From the sequence record MH252123.1: a stretch of 64,000 nt of DNA; one strand, written 5' to 3'. The notes under the pieces are model-generated. The model did not search any database. It saw only the letters and a list, made by a program, of their open reading frames with translations, and was not told the origin of the DNA. Every line of letters starts with the position of its first letter. Position 1 is the stretch's first letter. Both the position numbers and the translations under genes were made by a program. Shown here in pieces: positions 42,970 through 52,446 of the stretch. The DNA comes from Klebsiella phage ZCKP1.

Positions 42970-45045
42970 GTGGCAAAGAAAAAGGCAGCAGGTAGTTTAG
43001 CTGGAGTAGATATTGAAGTAAAGGCTCAACCAGGTAAACAGACTCTTGCAATGGATTTAATGCCAGAAGTTATGATTTATGGTGGTGCCGCTGGATGTGT
43101 TTCTGCTGAAACGGAATATCTTACAAAAGATGGTTGGAAACAGATTAGTGAATATTCGGGAGAGGATATTTACCAATACAACCCTAAGAATAAGCGTTTA
43201 GAATTGGTAACACCTTACTTTGTAGAATACGATTTAAATGGAGATAATCTATACAGAATAACAAATGGTGTAGGATTGTTCCAAGAACTTAGTATGGAAC
43301 ACCGTTTTGTATTCTATAAGAAAAAGAAATCAAAGAAACATTTCGAGATTCTTGTAGGAGATCTTATTGCATTACAGCAAATAGGAAAACCCCTGCAAGG
43401 TTATGTAGAAAATCCATTCGGTAAACGTGTTCCTTTTAACATACCTGGTAAAAAGAGCACTTACTTAAAAATACACGAGGTTATTTCAACAGATGATAAG
43501 AAATATTGTTTTGAGACTCCAAGCAGCTATATTGTCTTTAGACGTGGCGATCACTGCTTCGTTACTGGGAATAGCGGCAAGTCTCGTCTGCTATTGCTGA
43601 AAGCTTTAAAATACGCCTACAAAGACCCTTTGTTTGGTGGAATACTTTTCCGTAAGAACACCACTGCTCACCGTAAACCAGGTGGTCTGTTTACAGAAGC
43701 AAAACGTTTGTATCTTCCTTTACAACCGCACGTAAAAGAAAGTACAATGGATATCATTTTTGAAGCCACTGGTGGTGGAACCCTCAAATTTGACCATTTG
43801 GAAAATGATAACGTAACAGCAGAAACAAACCATCAGGGTACACAGTATTCAATGGTAGGTTTTGATGAGTTAACCCACTTCACGCAATATGAAATGCTCT
43901 ATCTTCTGGGACGTATGCGTTCAGAATCAGAAACAAGCTTCATGTTGTGCACATGTAACCCCGATGCAGATAGTTGGGTTTTGAATTGGGTATTACCTTA
44001 TCTCGATGAGGGCGGTTATCCTAGAGAAGATATGTGTGGTAAACAAAAATATTTCATCATTGTTAACGATGAACCTGTTTTTGCTGACACACCTGAAGAA
44101 CTGAAAGAAAAATATCCAGAAAACTGTTTCATGGAAAACCCTAATACAGGGGAGACAGTTGTTATTGAACCACAAACTTTCGTATTTATCGGTGGGACAA
44201 TATTTGATAACCCAGAATTGATTAGGCTTAACCCTAATTATTTAGCACAGCTTAAATCACAAACAGCAATCAAAAGAGCACAACTCTTGGACGGCTGTTG
44301 GTTTGCACGTATACAGAAAGAGTCTTTCTTCCAACGTGAATGGTTGCATAAGATATCTTATAAAGATGTTCCTAATAATCTTAAACTAATGCGAGCATGG
44401 GATAAAGCTGTTTCAGTTCCTACAGAAACTTATCGTTATCCAGACTATACAACATCTGTCAAAATGGGTAAAGACCAAGATGGTAATATCTACATCTTTG
44501 GTGACTATGATTATGATGCTGTGGATGAGAAAAGTAAAATTTTCGGAAGGTTTCGAAGATTACCTGGGGAAAGGGATAACCTGATTCTAAATCAATGTAA
44601 GATTGATGGACCAGAAGTTACAGTAGTGCTTCCTAAAGACCCATCTGGTGCTGGGACAATAGAATATACAGAATCTGCAAAGAAACTTATTCTAGAGGGT
44701 TTTGTTGTTAAACCAGATGCTATGCCAGGTAACAAGAAAAAGCTTCAGCGTTTTATGCCTTTTAGTAGTGCGTGTCAAAACGGTTTTGTTTATATTGTTG
44801 AAGATTCTTTCCCTAATGTGGAAACTCTAACCCACTTTTATAAAGAATTGGAATCTTTCAATGGTGAAAGATCTACAGCCACTATTAAAGATGACATTCC
44901 CGATGCTGCTGCTTCTTGTTTTAATACTCTGTCAAAAGAGAATACTTTCAAGGCAGTAGCTATCCCTACAACAACAAATGCTCCTACAGGATACAGTAGA
45001 ATGAACAGCGGATTTCACCAACCGTATAGTGTCCGTAAAAGATAA
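42970..45045 (+). CDS. terL: terminase large subunit, Walker A interrupted by mini-intein
   Basis: GTG start after GGAGGG; 691 aa; position before portal; after intein removal the P-loop reads YGGAAG-SGKS. Confidence 0.8.
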   Translation: MAKKKAAGSLAGVDIEVKAQPGKQTLAMDLMPEVMIYGGAAGCVSAETEYLTKDGWKQISEYSGEDIYQYNPKNKRLELVTPYFVEYDLNGDNLYRITNGVGLFQELSMEHRFVFYKKKKSKKHFEILVGDLIALQQIGKPLQGYVENPFGKRVPFNIPGKKSTYLKIHEVISTDDKKYCFETPSSYIVFRRGDHCFVTGNSGKSRLLLLKALKYAYKDPLFGGILFRKNTTAHRKPGGLFTEAKRLYLPLQPHVKESTMDIIFEATGGGTLKFDHLENDNVTAETNHQGTQYSMVGFDELTHFTQYEMLYLLGRMRSESETSFMLCTCNPDADSWVLNWVLPYLDEGGYPREDMCGKQKYFIIVNDEPVFADTPEELKEKYPENCFMENPNTGETVVIEPQTFVFIGGTIFDNPELIRLNPNYLAQLKSQTAIKRAQLLDGCWFARIQKESFFQREWLHKISYKDVPNNLKLMRAWDKAVSVPTETYRYPDYTTSVKMGKDQDGNIYIFGDYDYDAVDEKSKIFGRFRRLPGERDNLILNQCKIDGPEVTVVLPKDPSGAGTIEYTESAKKLILEGFVVKPDAMPGNKKKLQRFMPFSSACQNGFVYIVEDSFPNVETLTHFYKELESFNGERSTATIKDDIPDAAASCFNTLSKENTFKAVAIPTTTNAPTGYSRMNSGFHQPYSVRKR
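43096..43572 (+). mobile_element. mini-intein (159 aa, no endonuclease domain) in terL P-loop
   Basis: starts Cys (CVSAETEYLTKDGW, block A-like), internal SMEH (block B-like), ends ...HCFVTGN followed by Ser. Confidence 0.65.
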
Positions 45046-45048
45046 TTG

Positions 45049-45077
45049 TTGACAAAAGTCACTTTAAAGTGTATTAT
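45049..45077 (+). promoter_or_regulatory. sigma70 promoter (TTGACA-17-TATTAT) before portal gene
   Basis: consensus hexamers. Confidence 0.45.
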
Positions 45078-45146
45078 AACTAGATAGGTGAGGTTGTATA
45101 TAATACAGCCTTGCCTTAACGATTTTATACCTGACTGGAGGAACAA

Positions 45147-46712
45147 GTGTCAACAGGAAAAAGAACGTACACTAAAAAGTCAGAATACTGGGACAAAGGT
45201 GCTGCAAATAAAGCTGCTCTCTCTCCAACAAAAGAGGCAGAGAAAGAGAAAACGTTACTCCTGTCACCTGAAATAGGAACGATCGGATTAAACTCAATCA
45301 AAGCATTTACGAATTTCATGCAACCTTATGAGACTCGTTTCCCAGAATGTATTCGCACTTTTAAAGAGATGGGTGAAGACCCTGATGTAGCTACTGCTCT
45401 TGACGCTACATATATCTTTGTAGATAGAGCATTCTTTGATTTCAAGATAAAATATAATGTAAACTCGGCAAAGTCAAGAAAAGCTGCTAAGTTTATTGAT
45501 TACATGTTACGCAATATGCAAGCCCCTCTACGTCAATATGTTAGATCACTTTTGACATATAAGCAATATGGTTTTGCATTTGCAGAGAAAGTTTATGAGT
45601 TGGATGAAGATCCTAAAAGTCCTTATTTTGGGTATTGGCGATTAACCAAACTGGCTTTTAGACCACAAGACACTCTTCACATGGCTCAACCTTTTACATA
45701 TTCGGCAGACGGACGTTCTATTCTATCTGTTAACCAGAATATCACCAATACAATGTTAGCTCCAGGCAATACAACTTTAGAAACTGGTATTAAAGAAATT
45801 CCTTTCAGTAAAGTTTTATTTGTTGGTAGCAACATTACAGAGAATAACCCACTAGGAGTTAGTCCGCTTTTAGCTGTATATCGTAGCTGGCGTGAAAAAT
45901 CTCTTATTCAGGAATTTGAGGTTATTGGGGTATCTAAAGATTTAGGTGGTATGCCAGTTCTTAAGGTTCCAAGTGACATTCTAAACAGGGCATCTTTAGA
46001 TCCTGCTGGGGATGAAGCACAATCTCTTCGAGTTCTCCAAGCCAACATCGCTAACCTGCACTCTGGTGAGCAAGCCTACATGGTATTGCCTTCAGACGTT
46101 TATGAAGGCACAGTGATGCGTCAATACGATCTTGTATTCCAAGGTGTTGATGGCACGGGTAAACAGTTTGACACTCAAGCACTAATCAAACAACGCAAGC
46201 TGGATATTTATAACCGCTTTGGTGCGGGTGTGTTGATTATGGGTGATGGTGATGCAGGAAGTTTTGCGCTTTCTGACAACAAACAAACACTATTGTCTCA
46301 TTTTATTGAGCGAGATGTAGATATTGTTGTAGAAGCTATAAACTCTCAACTGATCCCTCAAACACTACGACTAAACAATATCTTCCTTTCTGATGAAGAT
46401 ATGCCTAAGTTTGTCAGTGGTGAAATGGGTGATCCTGATATTGAAGTAAATGCTAAAGCTATTCAGCAGTTGGTAGCCTCTGGTGCAATACCTTTAACCC
46501 CAGAAGTTATTAACGAGTTCCTTGAAAAAATTGGTTTTGAATATCGCATCCCTGACGATATTGTTGCCAATAAAGAGAAATTCTTTGAATTCATGGATAA
46601 CTATATGCCTGACAAAACTTCACGATCAGGAGATGGTTTAGCTACAGCGGGAACTGGAACATCTGATACTGTTTCTGCTTTAGATCCTTCAGCACAAAAC
46701 CTGTCGAATTAA
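45147..46712 (+). CDS. portal protein
   Basis: 521 aa ORF immediately after terL; GTG start after GGAGGAACAA. Confidence 0.65.
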   Translation: MSTGKRTYTKKSEYWDKGAANKAALSPTKEAEKEKTLLLSPEIGTIGLNSIKAFTNFMQPYETRFPECIRTFKEMGEDPDVATALDATYIFVDRAFFDFKIKYNVNSAKSRKAAKFIDYMLRNMQAPLRQYVRSLLTYKQYGFAFAEKVYELDEDPKSPYFGYWRLTKLAFRPQDTLHMAQPFTYSADGRSILSVNQNITNTMLAPGNTTLETGIKEIPFSKVLFVGSNITENNPLGVSPLLAVYRSWREKSLIQEFEVIGVSKDLGGMPVLKVPSDILNRASLDPAGDEAQSLRVLQANIANLHSGEQAYMVLPSDVYEGTVMRQYDLVFQGVDGTGKQFDTQALIKQRKLDIYNRFGAGVLIMGDGDAGSFALSDNKQTLLSHFIERDVDIVVEAINSQLIPQTLRLNNIFLSDEDMPKFVSGEMGDPDIEVNAKAIQQLVASGAIPLTPEVINEFLEKIGFEYRIPDDIVANKEKFFEFMDNYMPDKTSRSGDGLATAGTGTSDTVSALDPSAQNLSN

Positions 46713-46740
46713 AAATATTTAATATTTTTTAATTTTTCTA

Positions 46741-46769
46741 TTGACAAAACAACAAATATCCTGTAGACT
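46741..46769 (+). promoter_or_regulatory. sigma70 promoter (ctaTTGACAa-17-TAGACT)
   Basis: same extended motif as the tRNA-block promoters. Confidence 0.45.
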
Positions 46770-46805
46770 AAGATTTATGGGATATCTGTTTTTAAGAGGT
46801 TTCAA

Positions 46806-47285
46806 ATGGAACTCAATAAAGATACACTGTGGGAACTCTTCAAAACCTTCGCTGGTTTTAAAGAGAATTCTGAATCCCAACAAGATTCTATACCATCTCA
46901 AAAACCTGAAACTCTAGTCAAACAAAATAAATTTGATGAAGAAAAGATGCAGGTTATTGAGGTCTTGTATTGTCCACCTGAAGAAGACGATCTCCACGGA
47001 GAGCGCATGTCTGATTTGGAAATCAGGAAGATGGTTGACAACTTCAATGAGAATATTACCAATATTAGTGGTAATCTTGGTCACATGAAGAACACCGATA
47101 AGTTTTCTCCAATTAAAGCTTGGGTAAATGAAGTCGATTGTTACATTGGTGACGAACTCGTTGTGGAAGGAACTCCCCTCGTTAAAATCCAATTCAACGA
47201 CCCTGAATTATATCAAGCTCGTAAAGACGGCGTTCTTAAAGGTTTGAGTATAGGCGCAATGGGCGTTAAAGTCAAGAAGGACTAA
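46806..47285 (+). CDS. head morphogenesis protein (possible prohead protease-like)
   Basis: 159 aa between portal and scaffold. Confidence 0.35.
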   Translation: MELNKDTLWELFKTFAGFKENSESQQDSIPSQKPETLVKQNKFDEEKMQVIEVLYCPPEEDDLHGERMSDLEIRKMVDNFNENITNISGNLGHMKNTDKFSPIKAWVNEVDCYIGDELVVEGTPLVKIQFNDPELYQARKDGVLKGLSIGAMGVKVKKD

Positions 47286-47287
47286 TC

Positions 47288-48403
47288 GTGGCAAATACAT
47301 ATTTAACTAACGTAGACTTTTCTGGAAAAGCTACGGAAGAGTCACTAGGTGCTCATATTGCTTACACTTTTGATTTTCAAGGTGGAGCGGCATCTGGTTA
47401 TAATACCCCCCTTTTATTTAAGTCAGACGGATCTCCAGACATAACTTTTGAAAAGTTAGAAGCTCTCACTAAGATGGGAGAAGATGTTACAGAGTTACGT
47501 AAAAGCTATATTCAACAAGTAATGGATCGCATTTCTGAAAAAGTGCGTGAAAAATTTGAAGCTGGTTGGGATTGGGTTTACGTTATTGATGCTGACTTCG
47601 ATGCGAACGTTGCAATTTTCTGTTCAGATAACGGTATGTTCTCTGTTGGCTTTAAAGTTGACGGACTGAATGTTGAAGTTGAAGAGGTTGCTAAACCTGT
47701 TGTTCGTGTTACTGATTATCAAGTTGTTGATGGTGATGTAATGATCTCCATTGATTTCTTTGAGGACGTTTTAGACGATGCTTTGAGTAATCTCGTTAAG
47801 AGTTCCTTGAAACAAAGTCAAGTTAAAGATTATTTAGTGAAAGCTCACGCTAAAGCTAATACAAACTCTGTGGATGCAGAGGCTAACCCCGCAGGTGATA
47901 AATCTGCAAACACAACTGGAATCAATAAAGGAGAAACCCCTTTGGAAAATATCAACAAAGAAGAATTCCTGAAATCTGCTGAATTCCAAGAACTGATGAA
48001 AGCACAGATCGCTGAAGCTGTAGAAAAAGCAGCCGCAGATGCACGTGCAGCCGCAGAACTTGAAGCACAGGAAAAAATCGCTAAGGCAGAACAGGAAGCA
48101 GAAGAACTTCGTAAAGCTGAACAAGCTCGTATCGAAGAAGAATATACAACTGTTGTTAAATCCTATTCTTTCGTAGAAGAAGACAAAGTTGAAGCTCTCG
48201 TTAAATATCTGGTAGACAATAAAGATATCGCTGAAACTATCGTCAAAGCATTCGAAAAAGCACGTGCAGAAGTGGACGCAGTTAAGAAAGAATTTGGAAC
48301 AGAACGTGGTGTTGATGTGATCAATACTCAACCTGTAGCTAAATCTTCTTCTGAACTGATTAGTCAGAAAGCTGCTGAACTTAAAAAAGCCCAGAAACAA
48401 TAA
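47288..48403 (+). CDS. scaffolding protein
   Basis: 371 aa with long Ala/Glu/Lys coiled-coil C-terminus (AEAVEKAAADARAAAELEAQEKIAKAEQEAEELRKAEQARIEEE). Confidence 0.6.
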   Translation: MANTYLTNVDFSGKATEESLGAHIAYTFDFQGGAASGYNTPLLFKSDGSPDITFEKLEALTKMGEDVTELRKSYIQQVMDRISEKVREKFEAGWDWVYVIDADFDANVAIFCSDNGMFSVGFKVDGLNVEVEEVAKPVVRVTDYQVVDGDVMISIDFFEDVLDDALSNLVKSSLKQSQVKDYLVKAHAKANTNSVDAEANPAGDKSANTTGINKGETPLENINKEEFLKSAEFQELMKAQIAEAVEKAAADARAAAELEAQEKIAKAEQEAEELRKAEQARIEEEYTTVVKSYSFVEEDKVEALVKYLVDNKDIAETIVKAFEKARAEVDAVKKEFGTERGVDVINTQPVAKSSSELISQKAAELKKAQKQ

Positions 48404-48422
48404 TCTTAGGAGATTAAATTAA

Positions 48423-48821
48423 ATGGCTAAAGGAATTACTTTATCTAACTCTCGCCAGGAATTCGGACACCTGGTTCTGGGTGGAGTGTTTAGCTCTGAC
48501 CTTGGACACTGTGTACGTGAAGTTAACCTGGTTAAAACAGCAACCATGAAAATTGGTTCTATCCTGAAAGCTGACAACACTGAAGCTGCTAAAGCTGAAG
48601 CTGCCGATGCTGCTAAAGTTCTGATTTGGACTGATGCTCTGTTCGGTATTGACGATGTAGCAGTAGGTGACACTTTCACCGCAGTTGTTGGCGTACGTGA
48701 TCTTACTCTGAACCGCTTTGCAGTATACTACAAAGATGGCTCCCTGGTAGATGACGCTGGCGTAGCAGCACTGGAAACACATGATCTGAAACTGACCGAA
48801 AAAGTCGTTTTCACTTCTTAA
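48423..48821 (+). CDS. head decoration-like protein
   Basis: 132 aa; highly expressed-type codon usage; immediately before the major capsid gene. Confidence 0.45.
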   Translation: MAKGITLSNSRQEFGHLVLGGVFSSDLGHCVREVNLVKTATMKIGSILKADNTEAAKAEAADAAKVLIWTDALFGIDDVAVGDTFTAVVGVRDLTLNRFAVYYKDGSLVDDAGVAALETHDLKLTEKVVFTS

Positions 48822-48842
48822 TTTTAATAGGAGATTAATATA

Positions 48843-49844
48843 ATGCCAGCAGTAATTTTAGATCAGGTTGTAGATTTCAGCCCTATGATCGAACTTCAGG
48901 ATTCCCCTGATACACTGATTGCCAGCCTGAATCTGTTCAGTGTTGACTATCATTCAACTACCGCTATTGAAATCGGTAAAGAAAAAGCTGAAGATGCTCT
49001 GATCTCCGCTCGTGAGCGTGGTGGTGAGCGTAACTTCCTGACCATGAAAAATCCAGAACTGAAAGCGTTCCGCATTCCGTTCTTCCCTCTGGATAAAAAC
49101 ATCAAAGCTCAAGATATTCAATCTTTCCGTAGCTTTGCAATGGCAGGAATCAATGACTCTCTGCGCACAGACGCTGAAGTTGTTAACCGCTATATGTCCC
49201 AGATTCTGCGTGACGTAGCAAAAACCAAAGAGAAAATCTTTGCAGAAGCAGTTATGGGTCGTGCCTATAACGGCGTAGGTGGTGCAGCTAACTCTGCATA
49301 TAACTGGTATACCGAATGGGGTGCTACCCAGAAATCTGTTGCTGTAGACTTTGCTTCTACCACTGTTTCTCCAGCAGCCACTATCGAACAAGAAGCTCGT
49401 GCTTACATCATCGATACTAAACAAGATGGCTCTACCGCTACCCGTATCGTAGCTCTGTGTTCTCGTGAATTTTTCGCATCTCTGGTTAACTCTCCATTTG
49501 TTCGCCAGGCGTATCAGTATTTCCAGGGAACTCCTAACCTTCTGCGTGACCGCCTTAGCGGTAACATGGATGTTCAGGTGTTCGAATGGAACGGTGTAAC
49601 TTACATTGAAGATATCCACGGTAACATCCCTGCTGGTGAAGCATATGTTCTGCCTATGGGTATCGAAGGTATGTTCCAGGCGCACTATGCTCCTGCGGAT
49701 ACTCCAGAACTGGCTAACACCCAGGCTCGTGAACTGTATACCTTCATGATCAGCCAGCACCGCACTATTCAGCTTCAATCTGAATTCTCGCTGCTCGCAG
49801 TTAACACCCGTCCAGAACTGGTAGTTAAACTGACTACGGCTTAA
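48843..49844 (+). CDS. major capsid protein
   Basis: 333 aa; strong RBS aggagattaatata ATG; host-optimised codons (ctg, cgt, ggt); followed by a terminator. Confidence 0.7.
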   Translation: MPAVILDQVVDFSPMIELQDSPDTLIASLNLFSVDYHSTTAIEIGKEKAEDALISARERGGERNFLTMKNPELKAFRIPFFPLDKNIKAQDIQSFRSFAMAGINDSLRTDAEVVNRYMSQILRDVAKTKEKIFAEAVMGRAYNGVGGAANSAYNWYTEWGATQKSVAVDFASTTVSPAATIEQEARAYIIDTKQDGSTATRIVALCSREFFASLVNSPFVRQAYQYFQGTPNLLRDRLSGNMDVQVFEWNGVTYIEDIHGNIPAGEAYVLPMGIEGMFQAHYAPADTPELANTQARELYTFMISQHRTIQLQSEFSLLAVNTRPELVVKLTTA

Positions 49845-49863
49845 TAGAACTCTGTTAAGATTA

Positions 49864-49892
49864 GAGGCTCGTCCGTGATGGGCGAGCCTTTT
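49864..49892 (+). terminator. terminator GGCTCGTCCGTGATGGGCGAGCC + TTTT
   Basis: hairpin plus T-run after the capsid gene. Confidence 0.6.
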
Positions 49893-49928
49893 CTGTTTAC
49901 AATAAGAGTTTACAACGAGGAGATTGAT

Positions 49929-50273
49929 ATGTCAAACCCAGAATTGAAACGTTACTTTAGTTATCACGAAATGATTCGTGATTTCGAATCGCTTTCACCA
50001 CTGATCGATGCTGATAAAACATTAGTATCTGCGCCACCAATGTCTTTCTATCTGAAAGATGGTCGTATTGCATTAGGTGGAAACTTCATTCACTTCCTCA
50101 CGCGTTTGAGAGAAGAAACAGGTATTCTTGTGCATCCTTTTGCAAGTGAAGAACACATGGGTTACTATCTTGTAAGTTATGAAGACTATGCACCTGTAAA
50201 AATCAAAGAAGAAGTTTTAAAAGTAGAAGCGGTAGACACTCCAGCTAAAAAACGTTCCCTTCGTAAAAAATAA
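49929..50273 (+). CDS. hypothetical structural protein (114 aa)
   Basis: ATG after acgaggagattgat; the track's upstream start lies inside the terminator. Confidence 0.45.
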   Translation: MSNPELKRYFSYHEMIRDFESLSPLIDADKTLVSAPPMSFYLKDGRIALGGNFIHFLTRLREETGILVHPFASEEHMGYYLVSYEDYAPVKIKEEVLKVEAVDTPAKKRSLRKK

Positions 50274-50282
50274 GGTGGGCTT

Positions 50283-50831
50283 ATGCTGAATGCGGTAGAG
50301 TTGGCACCACTGATCCGAATTCTTGTTTATAACCCTTCTCAAGAAGTATTGCCAGATGCAATGCTGATTCAGATCATCCAAACTTGGATTGATATTATAG
50401 GGAATGAAGATAAGGATAAGTGTGCAGTATTGTGGAACAGCTTGATTTCTGTTTTAGAGTATCTATGGAACAACGATGTTCTTAACAACAGTACTCAAAC
50501 AGGAGGAGCTATGTCCCGCAGAGAAAAGATGGGTGAAGTCGAAGTTGAAGTTAAATTTAACAACGGTCAAGTAACTTATAAGTCTCCGTGGGAAGATATC
50601 TATCATAACTATTTAAATGGTCTTATGGTCATTCCTGGATGCACGGCAGGACGAGGAGCAACCAGTAAAGTTCTTATTGGCGGTGTGGATGCTCGTGAAA
50701 TTGATCGAGTAAACAGCGATCCTAACTCTGTGAATGGTCTTGGTAATGTTGCAAGTGTTGATCGTAATACCCGCAACGTTAATTATTTGCGAAATTACGG
50801 ACCTGTTTCTTTTTATCGTAGGGACAAATAA
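50283..50831 (+). CDS. head-tail connector/adaptor-like protein (182 aa)
   Basis: position in the late module. Confidence 0.4.
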   Translation: MLNAVELAPLIRILVYNPSQEVLPDAMLIQIIQTWIDIIGNEDKDKCAVLWNSLISVLEYLWNNDVLNNSTQTGGAMSRREKMGEVEVEVKFNNGQVTYKSPWEDIYHNYLNGLMVIPGCTAGRGATSKVLIGGVDAREIDRVNSDPNSVNGLGNVASVDRNTRNVNYLRNYGPVSFYRRDK

Positions 50832-51319
50832 TGGAAAGTGAGATCTTACCAGGTGACGATACAGATTGGGAAACCATTATCAAAAAGATGATGGACCTTG
50901 AACAAGTTCAAATCGAAGCTGGTTTTTTAACAAACAAAAGGCATCCTGAATCAGATCTCACTATTCCTGCAATAGCAGCTATTCAACAATATGGTAATGA
51001 AACAAACAACATACCTGCTCGCCCTTTTATAACAGATGGTGCTGTTATCTCACAGAACAATATCGCTAAAAAGATGAAGCAGGTTTTTGCAAATTACCTA
51101 ATGAACAATGTTGGGTTGGCTGTTTTTGAGCCTATAGCGAGAGCCTCTAGAGAAGGAATAGCTCAAGCGATTGCAATGCAACGTTATCGTCCTTTATCTC
51201 CTGTGACAATTAAGATACGACAAGATAAAGGCAACTATTCTAATCATATCTTAATAGATACGGCATATATGATAAATGCAATCGAAACAAAAATCACAAA
51301 AAGCAAGTCTAAAAAATAA
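50831..51319 (+). CDS. head-tail joining protein (162 aa)
   Basis: coupled ATGA overlap. Confidence 0.4.
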   Translation: MESEILPGDDTDWETIIKKMMDLEQVQIEAGFLTNKRHPESDLTIPAIAAIQQYGNETNNIPARPFITDGAVISQNNIAKKMKQVFANYLMNNVGLAVFEPIARASREGIAQAIAMQRYRPLSPVTIKIRQDKGNYSNHILIDTAYMINAIETKITKSKSKK

Positions 51320-51320
51320 C

Positions 51321-51349
51321 TTGCATAAACTTTGTTTTTGATGTATACT
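51321..51349 (+). promoter_or_regulatory. sigma70 promoter (TTGCAT-17-TATACT)
   Basis: hexamers with 17-nt spacer. Confidence 0.4.
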
Positions 51350-51364
51350 AAAAAGGAGATACAA

Positions 51365-51781
51365 GTGTTACTAGATCAATTTACTCTCCTTGATCTAACT
51401 GAATACCAAGGTCGTAGACGAGTCTACAAAGAGGCAGTTGGTTCAGTTATTGCTAACTTAGAAAGTAGTGTAGAATATGAACCATTTACTATTGAAGCGG
51501 CAAGCTTACAACCGATATCTGGTAAAACACTGAATGCACTACCTGAAGGTTACAGATCTAAGGCTCAATATAGTTTCTGGACTAAAACAGAAATGAAGGG
51601 GTTACAACAAGGAACAGAACAGTTATCAGATCAGATATTGATAGATGGTAAATGGTATTCTGTTTATTCCCTTAAAGATTGGACCAGAACATCTTTCTTA
51701 GTCCATCATCACTGTGTTGCAATATTAGACGATCAAAACAACTCCTGGTCTTATGGAACAGAAGGAGGAAATTTTGGCTAA
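51365..51781 (+). CDS. tail completion-like protein (GTG start)
   Basis: AAGGAGATACAA GTG. Confidence 0.4.
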   Translation: MLLDQFTLLDLTEYQGRRRVYKEAVGSVIANLESSVEYEPFTIEAASLQPISGKTLNALPEGYRSKAQYSFWTKTEMKGLQQGTEQLSDQILIDGKWYSVYSLKDWTRTSFLVHHHCVAILDDQNNSWSYGTEGGNFG

Positions 51782-52412
51782 TATTTACCAACAAATAGAA
51801 GCATACGAAAATGCCATCTACTTAAATATAGGTGGCTTCCTTCAAGAATTAGTGGGGTTGCCAGTCTATGTTATGGATAAGCCATTCATTAAACCGGATA
51901 CTCCTTACCTAGCACTACGTATTATCACTTCCAGCGATTCTGGAGGTTGGTCTTACCGAAGCTCTATTCAAAATGATATGTATTCCTACGAGATGGATAA
52001 TACCTACGAGATTGAACTTGTAGCCTATCGTGGAAGACCTACCACTTTGATGAGCTATGTTCTGGCTGCTCTCCGTGGTGCAGAGGAATTAAAATACAAA
52101 CATCTCTATTCTAAAGGTCTTGGTTTTTTAGGAGCCTCCAATATAGCTCAAGCCAATACAATTGTAGACGGAGATAAGACTGAATTAAGAGCGCGTATGG
52201 TTATGACGTTCAACACTCGTATGAGTATTGAAGATATTGCTACTACACCAATAGAAGCAATCAACATGCACATCCGTTCATTCAGAGATAGTTACAATGA
52301 TCCTATCCCTTTAGATTTAATTCTAAACAGGGTTTATGCAATTACTTTGGTTCCAGGCGAATACTCGTCAGTCAATCAAAATGGATCATTATTTAACAAC
52401 CCTACCGAATAA
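51753..52412 (+). CDS. hypothetical structural protein (219 aa)
   Basis: ORF. Confidence 0.4.
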   Translation: MEQKEEILANIYQQIEAYENAIYLNIGGFLQELVGLPVYVMDKPFIKPDTPYLALRIITSSDSGGWSYRSSIQNDMYSYEMDNTYEIELVAYRGRPTTLMSYVLAALRGAEELKYKHLYSKGLGFLGASNIAQANTIVDGDKTELRARMVMTFNTRMSIEDIATTPIEAINMHIRSFRDSYNDPIPLDLILNRVYAITLVPGEYSSVNQNGSLFNNPTE

Positions 52413-52446
52413 ACTCATTGGAATTAAGTTTCTAACAGGAGCATAA

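Noticed and set aside
47834-48400. 188-aa minus-strand ORF antisense to scaffold gene (Phe/Cys-rich)
   Set aside because: Low-complexity translation of the antisense of an Ala/Glu/Lys-rich coiled coil; no start context.
48954-49778. 274-aa minus-strand ORF antisense to the major capsid gene
   Set aside because: Artifact of codon-biased sense strand; no RBS; fully contained in a strongly supported + strand CDS.
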